From an uncultured Gammaproteobacteria bacterium (GTDB lineage: Bacteria > Patescibacteriota > Patescibacteriia > Patescibacteriales > GWC2-42-12), in NCBI GenBank assembly GCA_964467155.1, contig CAYXNZ010000002.1:14339-78338 (forward strand): 64,000 nucleotides of DNA, written 5' to 3'. The notes beneath the pieces were generated by a model. The model was not told the DNA's origin and searched no databases. It worked only from the letters and a program-made list of their open reading frames with translations. The stretch's first letter is position 1. The number at the start of each line of letters is the position of its first letter. Both the position numbers and the translations under genes were made by a program. Positions 52,401 to 60,902 of this stretch are shown here, piece by piece.

Positions 52401-52787
52401 ATCGGCGATCAAGTATCAGGAGAATGGAATCCCGATAATGTTGACTGGATAGTTCCAGACTACACCGAGACTATGACATTGACAAATGACGATGGCTGGG
52501 TTAGGTTGAGAAAAAGTACTGGTGGTGAAATTGTTGATACAGTTGGTTGGCAGAAAACAAAAGTTAAAGCAGAAGTTTATGAAGGCAGAGAAGTTAATAC
52601 TTTTGGTTGTAAAGAAGGTTATAGTATTGAAAGGTTAAATATGTTACAAGTACTTTCTGATAACACAGATCTTTATCAAAATAAAGGGAATAATTTTGAT
52701 AGGAATTATAATAGCGGGGATTTTGTTGTTAGAGAAACACCCAATCCACAAAATAGTTCGTCAGCAGTTGAAGGGGCGGGGGATTAA
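49413..52787 (+). CDS. large secreted multidomain protein: Zn-dependent phospholipase C/P1-nuclease-like, thermonuclease, Ig-like and lamin-tail domains
   Basis: signal peptide; TH...GSIDED..NHFYNP...GHILHLIQDMSVPAH; VIDGDT..VRYIGIDTPE..DKYGRLLRY; VISEI..EWIELYNP. Confidence 0.85.
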   Translation: MFTRRRLVFLLCFSFLFFAVCVLSYDNLITHPKLTESAINIYEQEAGKYLNYQQTNWIIKGSIDEDNDPRYLNHFYNPQTGRGLNDGWFHGQSAKNWAFSQDSATGDYSVGAIFNNYRNGDLMRAYQGIGHILHLIQDMSVPAHVRNDAHPSGDPFEEWAEHYGTINADKIQKININSIENVFDDLAFFTSNNFFSKDTIVIEELDKYKIDEELIDNRKRFYLINKIDKQEYKLVYSKNPDSIMPVFQIDDDFKLNLDYWNMLYPKAVGYSAGVIEYFIKEFKKIDQEKNETTISLWQKIKNSTNNLSSDLAYTWGDTFIDSRIRLDNILASAFSGYTKSQQGFEFFAEANREILTDLSQRSVNIAQNLSGKVLSAEDTISKQQIQTKIETEVIQDLKKNNPDVARVIDGDTIELTTGEKVRYIGIDTPELNSEGSDDDECLAWLARLRNMELLSMGELKLVEDSTAKTDKYGRLLRYVYINNLFVNDVLVKEGLAEIFFCQPGWENCPVTTDKNKENIIKASNQEAKNNARGIYSGVCDKEDEPEKEIIKKFEDKIEEKIILEEKFIENNTASTSTSTMMQLPLVCAPAHNNDSDNTNVVVSEIANFSVFDITSSSTNIIASTTVGLSYTISNQEAVEGYFLSEASTTPAIDDASWETTAPSQFVLSSSDGKKIIYFWLKYNSDNITNFVSSTIILDTTAPTMPMITSIEPLSDIYWVNTSEVLLSGEKEIGVDAILINGVAYSATSSEETWNVNYTFDFICSDSSSWGNLVAYDCMTEYCNGHKEECDGLSDEEMRVFFYERELILKAKNEAGNYSEEAEKVFRLDNFLPKIWGALSTKSIPSSFVYFYMSNLEDFMSDLLFFNSGVSGYEFEYKFNDSEDWVVGEIVEVNYPNATLRAVLSDEGNFDLRFRMLDFAGNVGEWYEGLTAEVNFYPVISEIYMDEINSGSEWIELYNPSVSDIDIGGWVIDTKADEEADVTLPDDAIIPAYGFYFIGDQVSGEWNPDNVDWIVPDYTETMTLTNDDGWVRLRKSTGGEIVDTVGWQKTKVKAEVYEGREVNTFGCKEGYSIERLNMLQVLSDNTDLYQNKGNNFDRNYNSGDFVVRETPNPQNSSSAVEGAGD

Positions 52788-52860
52788 ATTTATATTTGAA
52801 AATAGGTTTATATAATTTTAACGTTCTTTACATTTTTTTCAAAAAAGGAGGAAATGATAC

Positions 52861-53181
52861 GTGGAAGATAAAGATTCAGAGGAAATCACTCCGTTCCTCA
52901 AGCTTTATAATATTGTAGGTGGATTTGCTGTTACGGATGAACAGCGGCAACAAGCTTGGCAACAACTTTTGCTTATAGGGGATATCCATCTATTTTCTAT
53001 TCTTATTGCGGCAAAGTTTTCCTGGATAAAAATATCTGACGAGGACAAGGAGAAGGCATGGCAAGAATTGTTAAAAAGAGGTATTCAAGATGATGACTTA
53101 TATTTGAATTACCTCTCAGTAAATGCGCCAGAGCCATGGTGCAAAAGAGCTAGGGAATTAAAAGATAAATTGCAGGAATAA
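52861..53181 (+). CDS. hypothetical helical-repeat protein
   Basis: SD AAGGAGG; internal repeat QAWQQLL / KAWQELL. Confidence 0.7.
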   Translation: MEDKDSEEITPFLKLYNIVGGFAVTDEQRQQAWQQLLLIGDIHLFSILIAAKFSWIKISDEDKEKAWQELLKRGIQDDDLYLNYLSVNAPEPWCKRARELKDKLQE

Positions 53182-53207
53182 TGATTTTTTCAAAAAGGAG
53201 GATCGTT

Positions 53208-53471
53208 ATGGCGACAAAGGGATTGATATCAGAATATGTTAGAAGGAAGAAGGCTTTGATAAAAACTTTAGGTAAAATTGCCATAATCGTTACTTCGGAT
53301 AGAAAAGACGCTGAGGCGATAAAAATTTTACATTCATCGCTTCGTGGCGATAGAGACGTTTCTCTTATTGTTCTTGATGCGATAAGTTTGAACAATAAAA
53401 TGTCCGAAGATGACAAAAAATCTTTTCGTGAAATAGCATCTTACCTGGGGTTGCCGATAAAGGATTGGTAG
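53208..53471 (+). CDS. hypothetical protein
   Basis: SD AAGGAGG before ATG 53208; terminator 53492-53521. Confidence 0.7.
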   Translation: MATKGLISEYVRRKKALIKTLGKIAIIVTSDRKDAEAIKILHSSLRGDRDVSLIVLDAISLNNKMSEDDKKSFREIASYLGLPIKDW

Positions 53472-53736
53472 TTTCAAAGAAGCTCTATACTCGCCCGACC
53501 GAACATGGCCGGGCGTTTTTTATATAAAATACGGTTATATTTAACATTTTAAGCATTAGCGATAGATCCCGCGATTAGAGCCAAAAGGCGGGATTAGAGG
53601 AGGGTGTTATTCATATAAAATAAGCTAACCATTGACAAAATATCATAAATAGGTTATGGTTATATGAAGTAAAAAATTTTTGTTGTTTTAAAAATAAGCC
53701 ATTCGGCTTAATACAAAATAAGGGGAGGAAAAGACA

Positions 53737-53988
53737 ATGGCAAAAAATCCAAATAGAAAACTTTCACTTTGTGATTTGAAGTATACTGAAGTAGTTAATT
53801 TATTAAAGAAACCACCGTTGTCTTTGAGTCCCAATAAACTTGGTGACGTAGTTATCGAGGCTTGTGTAAGGATCAGACAAGGAAATGATCCTGGCGAAGA
53901 CTTATTTAACGAAGTTGTCATTCTTGCAACTACAGATGACAGTAGCCAGGCCTCGGAATTGTCTAAACAGTTTTTGGAAGATTTGTAG
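53737..53988 (+). CDS. hypothetical protein
   Basis: promoter TTGACA-17-TATGGT (53632-53660), SD GGAGG. Confidence 0.7.
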   Translation: MAKNPNRKLSLCDLKYTEVVNLLKKPPLSLSPNKLGDVVIEACVRIRQGNDPGEDLFNEVVILATTDDSSQASELSKQFLEDL

Positions 53989-54016
53989 TAAAAAAGACAC
54001 AAAGGAGGTGTTTATC

Positions 54017-54298
54017 ATGGTAAAAGCAATACTTATTGATGTGAAAACGGAAGATCTGATTATGTTAATTTTTGATGGAGATAACGCAGACAAAGAGCAT
54101 GATGAAGGAGCGGCGACAGTTGAGCTTGTTGCCCGTTTTCTCCAGGAAAAAACATCCGAGAAAGACAAGGAGGGGATAAAAAAATGTCTTTCGGTGTTAA
54201 CAAAGGCGGACGGGGAAGTAGGGGTTCTTGCCAGAGATGCTTGCAGAACTTTTGGTATTTCTTTCGGTGGTCCTCTACCGCCAATTATGCATCTATAG
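54017..54298 (+). CDS. hypothetical protein (paralog of 54392-54691)
   Basis: SD AAGGAGGT; ends GEVGVLA..C....I.FGGPLPPIMHL. Confidence 0.8.
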   Translation: MVKAILIDVKTEDLIMLIFDGDNADKEHDEGAATVELVARFLQEKTSEKDKEGIKKCLSVLTKADGEVGVLARDACRTFGISFGGPLPPIMHL

Positions 54299-54391
54299 AA
54301 GCGTTCCTCAGAAGCGTTCCTCCTCTCGGTTCATTTCAACGAGCTGAGGGGAGGCGCTCTTTTAAAAAATGTCATGAAGGAGGTAATCTCT

Positions 54392-54691
54392 ATGCTAAAA
54401 AAAGCTAAAAATTATTACAAATTGTCAGTTAAAGAGTTAGCTGGCTTACTCCTTAGTCCTTACAGGAGTAATGGTGAGGAATATGATAAAGGAGCGTTAG
54501 TTATTGAACTTGGTCGTCGTATGTTACTTGGTGGTAGATCCAAGATAACAGACGATAACCGAAAGTTGATAAAAAACTGTCTTAAGAAGTTAACACAAAC
54601 AAAAGGCGAGGTAGGAGTCCTTGCCAAAGATTGGTGTAGGGAGCTGAACATACCATTCGGTGGCCCCTTACCGCCGATTATGCATTTATGA
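54392..54691 (+). CDS. hypothetical protein (paralog of 54017-54298)
   Basis: SD AAGGAGGT; same C-terminal FGGPLPPIMHL; terminator 54705-54740. Confidence 0.8.
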   Translation: MLKKAKNYYKLSVKELAGLLLSPYRSNGEEYDKGALVIELGRRMLLGGRSKITDDNRKLIKNCLKKLTQTKGEVGVLAKDWCRELNIPFGGPLPPIMHL

Positions 54692-54752
54692 GAGATAGTA
54701 CTGTCCCCGATTCATTTTTAATGGATCGGGGGTTTTTTATTTTAAAGTAGAT

Positions 54753-55991
54753 TTAATTTAAATAGAGTTTTTTTGTTTCAGCTATCATTTTTTCCAAACT
54801 GAATTCTTCAGCAACTTTCGTTTTAGCATTAGCGCTGTATTTTTCTTGATCAGTTTTATTATTAATCAATATTTTTATTTTTTCTGCCAAGTCATCGGCG
54901 TTTTGCGATTCTACTAAGAGGCCGTTTTTTTTGTTTTCAATCATTTCTGGGATACCGCCGACGCGAGTAGAGACAATCGGCAGTTCGGCACTCATTGCTT
55001 CCAGAATTGAGTAAGGAAAACCTTCCTTAACCGACGAGCAAACGTAAATATCAAAAGCTGATAAAAGTTCTGAGGCATTTTCTTTTTCTCCAACTAATAA
55101 AACATTTTTTTCTAGATTATTTTTTTGAATTAATGTTTCTAGATTTTTCCTTTCATTACCTTCGCCAATAATAACAGCGACGATAGGTAGTTGATGATCA
55201 GTAACAAGAATTTTTATCGCCCCTATCAAATATTTATAACCTTTCGTTTTATAGAGATGTCCAACTGAACCGATAAGCAAACTATTTGTCATTCTGGAGC
55301 CGAAGGCGATAGAATCTTGAGATTCTATCAGTCGCTCATTCTTCGCTCCTTCCAGAATGACAGGGTGTGTTTCAGATAATAAAATATGTCGAGCTTCATC
55401 TCTGGGTAAAAAGTTTATTACTTCAAGGCCGTTATGGATTGTGATTAATTTTTCGGGAGAGCAAACTTTTTCTTTAAGCGCTGTTTGATAATCAAACTCC
55501 GAGACGCAAATTATTTTATTTTTAAATCTGGCGGTAAATTTTTCTGCGTATTTATAAAAAAGTTTTTTCCAAATTGACATCGGTTCGTTGAAGACCCAGC
55601 CATGAGCAGTGTAGATTAATTTTGAATTTTGAATTTTGAATTTTGAATTATAAGGATTTATTTTTGTTATTAAAAAAGCCAAAGAACCGAGAATTGAAAT
55701 TTTAGAACTATTAAGATGGATAATATCTGGTTTAATTTTTTTGATTAATTTTATTATTTCAGCAAGTGCTAAAATATCTTTTATCGGCGAAATGGCGCGT
55801 TTTAGATGTTTAATTTTATAATATTTTATGCTTTTTTCGTTCAGTTTTTCAATTAATTCAGTCTGATTATTTTCATTGCCAGAAGCAATATATATTTCAA
55901 ATTCACTTTTTAAATTATCAGCCAAATCAAAAATATAGCGCTGAGCGCCACCAAATTCAGATTGAGTTATTAGATATAGTATTTTTTGCAT
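54753..55991 (-). CDS. GT4 glycosyltransferase carrying repeat-derived insertions
   Basis: GGAQRY, IHLNSSK, YTAHGW, EGFPYSILEAM, VGGIPE. Confidence 0.94.
   Translation of the reverse strand: MQKILYLITQSEFGGAQRYIFDLADNLKSEFEIYIASGNENNQTELIEKLNEKSIKYYKIKHLKRAISPIKDILALAEIIKLIKKIKPDIIHLNSSKISILGSLAFLITKINPYNSKFKIQNSKLIYTAHGWVFNEPMSIWKKLFYKYAEKFTARFKNKIICVSEFDYQTALKEKVCSPEKLITIHNGLEVINFLPRDEARHILLSETHPVILEGAKNERLIESQDSIAFGSRMTNSLLIGSVGHLYKTKGYKYLIGAIKILVTDHQLPIVAVIIGEGNERKNLETLIQKNNLEKNVLLVGEKENASELLSAFDIYVCSSVKEGFPYSILEAMSAELPIVSTRVGGIPEMIENKKNGLLVESQNADDLAEKIKILINNKTDQEKYSANAKTKVAEEFSLEKMIAETKKLYLN
55287..55362. repeat. palindromic element inside the GT4 coding sequence
   Basis: TGTCATTCTGGA...TCCAGAATGACA with inner GATAGAATC/GATTCTATC. 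Confidence 0.85.
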
Positions 55992-56104
55992 AAAATTATT
56001 GACTTTTAGGCTATTTTATTTAATAATAACTTATAGTTAAACATAAATCAATGTTTGATAAAATGCTAAAAAATTAGCATTTTTATATTTAAAATTATAA
56101 CATT

Positions 56105-57505
56105 ATGAAAATTTTGTATTTTGGTGGCGGTTTTGTTGGCGCTTGTAGCGCAGCCGTTAGCGCTGATAGCGGACATGAGGTTTTGGTTTACGATATAAAC
56201 AGCGAATTAGTCAAAAACTTAGCTTCATTTGACAGTAAAAAAATAGGATCAAGCTTATTTGAAAAAGGTTTGAGCGATCTTTTGATTAGAAATAAAGAAA
56301 GAATAAAATTTACAGACAAGATTGATGACGTAAAGAAAATTATAGATGAAGTTGAAGCAGTTTTTATGTGCTTGCCGACACCAGAAATGGATTCAACTGG
56401 TGAAACAAATTTGGTTTTTTACGAGCAAGCTGCTAGCGAGTTAGGACAAATTTTAAAAAACAGGAATGATGGACAACAAAGCCAATACGTTTTAGTTATA
56501 AATAAAAGTACGGTGCCAATTGAGATGGAAAGTCGGACTAAAGAAATTTTAGACAGCTTAGGCGTCAAAAATTATGGCGTTGGTTCTAATCCAGAATTTT
56601 TAGTTGAAGGGAAAGCGGTTGAAGGTTCTATTAAACCAGAAAGAATTGTTGTCGGTGCGTGGAGTGAAAAAGATTTCGAAGTTTTTAGAAAAATTTATAT
56701 TCGTTTTACTGGTGCATCATCCGATGTAAGTTATATTGAAGTTAATCCCAAGGAAGCAGCCGCTGGTAAGCTATTAGCAAATTATATGCTTTTTAGTCGA
56801 TTAGCTAATTCTTATGATGTTGTTGGTCGAGTTTGTGAAAAGTTTGATGATTTGCAATATGAGAATATAAAAAAGATTTTAATCGGCGATTCAAGGATTG
56901 GCAGTTGGGGGTTTTACAATAGTTTATTTGCTGGGGGCAGTTGTTTTATAAAGGATGCTCGTTCATTAGCCCATCAACTTGAAGAGAAACAAACTGAAGC
57001 TGATTTAGTAAAAGACACTTTACTTGGCAACCAACGACAGCTTGATAATTTTTTAGCTAGGCCAAAAAAAGAATTAAATTTTGATTTCAAGGGAAAAACG
57101 GTTGGTATTTTAGGCTTGGCGTTTAAGCGCGATAGTAATGATATTCGCAATGCCGCTTCTCTCGGCACGACTGAATTTTTATTAAAAGAAGATGTTAGCG
57201 AAATCAAAGCTCATGATCCGGTAGCTGGAGAGAATTATTTAAAATATTTTTCAAAGAATAATGCCGTTGAAAAAATAAAAATAGTAGATACAAACGAAAA
57301 AGTGATTGACGGAGTTGATGTTTTAATAATTGCGACTGACTGGCCGCAGTTTAGAGAGATAGATGAAATTATAAAAGAAGAACTGCCTAAAGGCGCGTTA
57401 ATTATGGACGGACGAAGGATGCTTCAACATAAATACAAAGAATTAGCGGAATTTGGCTATAATATTATTGCTGTTGGTTCACCGATAATAAAAGCTAAAA
57501 ATTAA
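56105..57505 (+). CDS. UDP-glucose/GDP-mannose dehydrogenase family protein
   Basis: GGGFVG, KSTVP, NPEFLVEG, GGSCFIKD, GLAFK. Confidence 0.93.
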   Translation: MKILYFGGGFVGACSAAVSADSGHEVLVYDINSELVKNLASFDSKKIGSSLFEKGLSDLLIRNKERIKFTDKIDDVKKIIDEVEAVFMCLPTPEMDSTGETNLVFYEQAASELGQILKNRNDGQQSQYVLVINKSTVPIEMESRTKEILDSLGVKNYGVGSNPEFLVEGKAVEGSIKPERIVVGAWSEKDFEVFRKIYIRFTGASSDVSYIEVNPKEAAAGKLLANYMLFSRLANSYDVVGRVCEKFDDLQYENIKKILIGDSRIGSWGFYNSLFAGGSCFIKDARSLAHQLEEKQTEADLVKDTLLGNQRQLDNFLARPKKELNFDFKGKTVGILGLAFKRDSNDIRNAASLGTTEFLLKEDVSEIKAHDPVAGENYLKYFSKNNAVEKIKIVDTNEKVIDGVDVLIIATDWPQFREIDEIIKEELPKGALIMDGRRMLQHKYKELAEFGYNIIAVGSPIIKAKN

Positions 57506-57525
57506 TATAATATTAAAATTAAATT

Positions 57526-58836
57526 ATGTATGATTTTAAAAATTATTTTAAAGAACCGACAAAAATTGTTGTAATAGGTATGGGTTATGTTGGGCTACCA
57601 TTAGCAGTAGCTATGTCTAAAAAATATCAAATATTTGGTTTTGATATTAATAAAAATAAGATAGCTGAATTAAAAGATGGAACAGATGTTACTGGGGAGA
57701 TTGAAACTTCAGCTATTCAAAATTCTAAGATAAAATTTTCTGATGATGTGAATATTATTAAAGAAGCTAATTTTATTATACTAGCTATTCCTACGCCAAT
57801 CGATTCTAATAAAAAGCCAGATTTAACGCTATTGTTTAAGGCGACCCAAACTGTAGGTGAAAATTTAAAGAAGGGTTTAGTGGTAGTTTATGAGTCAACA
57901 GTTTATCCTGGTGTAACTGAAGATGAATGTCTGCCTATTTTGGAAAAATATTCAGGATTAAAGGCAGGAGAAGATTTTAAAATCGGTTATTCTCCCGAGA
58001 GAGTAAATCCAGGAGATAAAGAACATACTATTGAAAAAATTATCAAGGTTGTGTCTGGTATGGATGAAGAAACTTTGGACATTGTTGATAAAATTTATAG
58101 TAGTGTTATTACCGCCGGTACTTGGCGAGCTTCTTCAATTAAAGTGGCTGAAGCAGCTAAAGTAATAGAAAATACACAACGTGATTTAAACATTGCTTTG
58201 ATTAATGAATTGGCGATTATTTTTCAAAAGATTGGTATTAATACACATGAGGTCTTGGAAGCAGCTGGTACTAAATGGAATTTTTTAAAATTTAAACCGG
58301 GTTTAGTCGGCGGGCATTGTATTGGTGTAGATCCTTATTACCTTACTTATAAAGCGATTAGTTTGGGATATAATCCAGAAGTTATTCTGTCTGGACGAAG
58401 GATAAATGATAATATGGGTAAATTTATTGCCCAGCAAATTATTAAAGAAATGGTGCGAATGGGGAAAAAAGTTAATTCTTCCAAAGTAGCCATTATGGGA
58501 TTCACTTTCAAGGAGGATGTACCAGATATCCGAAATTCAAAAGTAGCTGATGTTTACAAAGAACTTTTAGGTTTTGGCTTAAAACCACTTGTTTATGACC
58601 CAATTGCAGATAAAAAAGAAGTAAAGGCGGAATATGATATTGATCTTTGTAGCTGGGATGAGATTCGAGAAGTTGATACTTTGATTATCGCTGTTCCTCA
58701 TAAGGAGTTTAAAGAAAAGTCAGTATTGGAATATAAACAGCTTATGAATGGTCAGCAGACTATGATTGTTGATATAAAAAATATATTAAATAAAAAAGAA
58801 ATAGAGAATTTAAATATTAAATATTGGAGTTTATAA
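57526..58836 (+). CDS. nucleotide-sugar dehydrogenase (WbpO/TviB-like)
   Basis: GMGYVGLP, YESTVYPG, YSPERVNPGD, GGHCIGVDPYYL. Confidence 0.94.
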   Translation: MYDFKNYFKEPTKIVVIGMGYVGLPLAVAMSKKYQIFGFDINKNKIAELKDGTDVTGEIETSAIQNSKIKFSDDVNIIKEANFIILAIPTPIDSNKKPDLTLLFKATQTVGENLKKGLVVVYESTVYPGVTEDECLPILEKYSGLKAGEDFKIGYSPERVNPGDKEHTIEKIIKVVSGMDEETLDIVDKIYSSVITAGTWRASSIKVAEAAKVIENTQRDLNIALINELAIIFQKIGINTHEVLEAAGTKWNFLKFKPGLVGGHCIGVDPYYLTYKAISLGYNPEVILSGRRINDNMGKFIAQQIIKEMVRMGKKVNSSKVAIMGFTFKEDVPDIRNSKVADVYKELLGFGLKPLVYDPIADKKEVKAEYDIDLCSWDEIREVDTLIIAVPHKEFKEKSVLEYKQLMNGQQTMIVDIKNILNKKEIENLNIKYWSL

Positions 58837-58840
58837 ATAT

Positions 58841-58912
58841 ATGTCAAAATGTTTAGTCACTGGCGGAGCCGGTTTCACCCGCCCGCATCGCCAGCGAGAC
58901 ATAAATTTTTAG
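58841..58912 (+). pseudogene. stub duplicating the 5' end of the downstream epimerase gene
   Basis: [12 protein letters not shown] identical in protein to the 58974 gene, then a GC-rich insert and a stop. Confidence 0.7.
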
Positions 58913-58973
58913 TTTACATATGTATTACAAAGTTTGAAGGATAATAATTTATATAATTTTTTAATTTAAATAT

Positions 58974-59882
58974 ATGTCAAAATGTTTAGTTACCGGTGGA
59001 GCCGGTTTCGTTGGCTCTAACTTAGTTGATGCGTTAATAGAACGTGGAGATGAAGTTATTGTTATAGATAATTTATCAACTGGAAAAAAAGAAAATTTAA
59101 ATTCAATGGCTGGATTTAATAATTTAGATTTAAGAAATTTAGAAGATATAAAACCATTTTTTGAAGGTGTTGATTATGTTTTTCATGTAGCCGCTTTAGC
59201 ACGCGTTCAGCCATCAATTGAAGACCCTGCTACCTATAATGATCATAATGTTAACGGCACATTGAATGTCTTGATAGCCTCAAGAGACGCAAAAGTTAAA
59301 AAAGTGATTTATAGCGCCTCATCTTCGGCCTATGGTAATCAAGAAAAAATGCCTTTAACCGAAGACATGGAAGCTGTTCCGATTAGCCCCTATGGTTTAC
59401 AAAAATATATTGGCGAAGAATATTGTCGTTTGTTCAGCTATGTATATAAATTGCCAACAGTTTGTTTACGTTATTTTAATGTTTATGGACCAAGGATGGT
59501 TTTGGAAGGAGCGTATGCTTCAGTTATCGGTATTTTTGGCAGGCAGAGAAAAAATAATAAATCAATGACTGTAGTCGGTGATGGCGAACAACTAAGAACT
59601 TATACTTATGTAAAAGATATCGTCAAAGCAAGCATCTTAGCCGCGGAAAGTGATATAAATAACGGACAGGCAATAAATACCGGTCAGAATAGTGAATATT
59701 CCGTGAATCAAATTGCCAAAATGATAGGTGGACCGACTACTAGCATTCCCTCGAGAATTGAACCTCGCCGTAATCTTTGTGACAATTCTTTAGCAAAAAA
59801 ATTGTTAAACTGGCAACCGACAGTTGATTTGCCAGAATGGATACAAGAATATAAAAAAGAATTAAAAATAGAGAGTTTATAA
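58974..59882 (+). CDS. NAD-dependent epimerase/dehydratase
   Basis: VTGGAGFVGS, SPYGLQK, LRYFNVYGP. Confidence 0.95.
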   Translation: MSKCLVTGGAGFVGSNLVDALIERGDEVIVIDNLSTGKKENLNSMAGFNNLDLRNLEDIKPFFEGVDYVFHVAALARVQPSIEDPATYNDHNVNGTLNVLIASRDAKVKKVIYSASSSAYGNQEKMPLTEDMEAVPISPYGLQKYIGEEYCRLFSYVYKLPTVCLRYFNVYGPRMVLEGAYASVIGIFGRQRKNNKSMTVVGDGEQLRTYTYVKDIVKASILAAESDINNGQAINTGQNSEYSVNQIAKMIGGPTTSIPSRIEPRRNLCDNSLAKKLLNWQPTVDLPEWIQEYKKELKIESL

Positions 59883-59886
59883 AGTT

Positions 59887-59916
59887 TTCGCCAGAGGCGA
59901 ATCCGCCTTTGGCGGA
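59887..59916. repeat. 30-nt double-hairpin element within AAAGTTTAT tandem repeats
   Basis: TTCGCCAGAGGCGAA-TCCGCCTTTGGCGGA; related copies at 29377 and 60995. Confidence 0.85.
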
Positions 59917-59948
59917 AAAAGTTTATAAAGTTTGTAAAGTAAAAAGTT

Positions 59949-60902
59949 GTGAAAGATATAAAGCAAAAAATTATTTTAGTTACGGGTGGTGCCGGGTTCA
60001 TCGGCTCGCATTTGTGTAAAAAATTATTAGAACAAAATAATAAAGTTATTTGCTTGGACAATTTTTTTACTGGTAGCAAAAAGAATATCGAAAAATTATT
60101 GGAAAATAATAATTTTAAATTAGTTGAGCAAGATATTATAGAGCCGTATTTTACAGAAGAAAAAATTGATCAAGTATATAATTTAGCTTGTCCAGCTTCC
60201 CCAATATATTATCAGCATAACGCCATTAGAACCGTAAAAGCTAATACTATTGGTGTCATAAACATTCTTGGTTTGGCAAAAAAACATAAAGCTAGAATTT
60301 TACAAGCTTCAACTTCAGAAATCTACGGCAATCCATTAGAGCATCCACAAACAGAAAGTTATTGGGGCAATATTAATTGTACTGGTATCAGGTCTTGTTA
60401 TGACGAGGGTAAACGTTGCGCTGAAACTTTGTTTTTTGATTATCAACGTCAAAACAAGGTTGACATTAGAGTAGCGAGAATTTTTAATACTTATGGACCG
60501 AATATGCGCCCAGATGACGGCAGAGTTGTTTCAAATTTTATAGTTCAGGCAATTAAAGAAGAGGATATAACTATTTATGGTGATGGTAGTCAAACTAGAA
60601 GTTTTTGCTATGTCAGCGATTTGATTGATGGGTTGATAAAGTTAATGGAAAAAAATAATTTTTTTGGTCCAGTTAATCTAGGTAATCCGATTGAATTTTC
60701 GATGAAAGAAATATCAGAAAAAATATTATTATTGTTGAATAGCAAAAGTAAAATTATTTACAAAGATTTGCCGTCCGATGATCCGCAAAGAAGAAAGCCT
60801 GATATAAGTTTAGCTAAACGTCAATTGAATTGGCAACCTAGTATAAATTTAGATGAAGGTTTGATAACAACCATTGATTATTTTAAAAAAATATTAGCAT
60901 GA
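59949..60902 (+). CDS. UDP-glucuronate decarboxylase (UDP-xylose synthase) family
   Basis: [34 protein letters not shown]. Confidence 0.95.
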   Translation: MKDIKQKIILVTGGAGFIGSHLCKKLLEQNNKVICLDNFFTGSKKNIEKLLENNNFKLVEQDIIEPYFTEEKIDQVYNLACPASPIYYQHNAIRTVKANTIGVINILGLAKKHKARILQASTSEIYGNPLEHPQTESYWGNINCTGIRSCYDEGKRCAETLFFDYQRQNKVDIRVARIFNTYGPNMRPDDGRVVSNFIVQAIKEEDITIYGDGSQTRSFCYVSDLIDGLIKLMEKNNFFGPVNLGNPIEFSMKEISEKILLLLNSKSKIIYKDLPSDDPQRRKPDISLAKRQLNWQPSINLDEGLITTIDYFKKILA

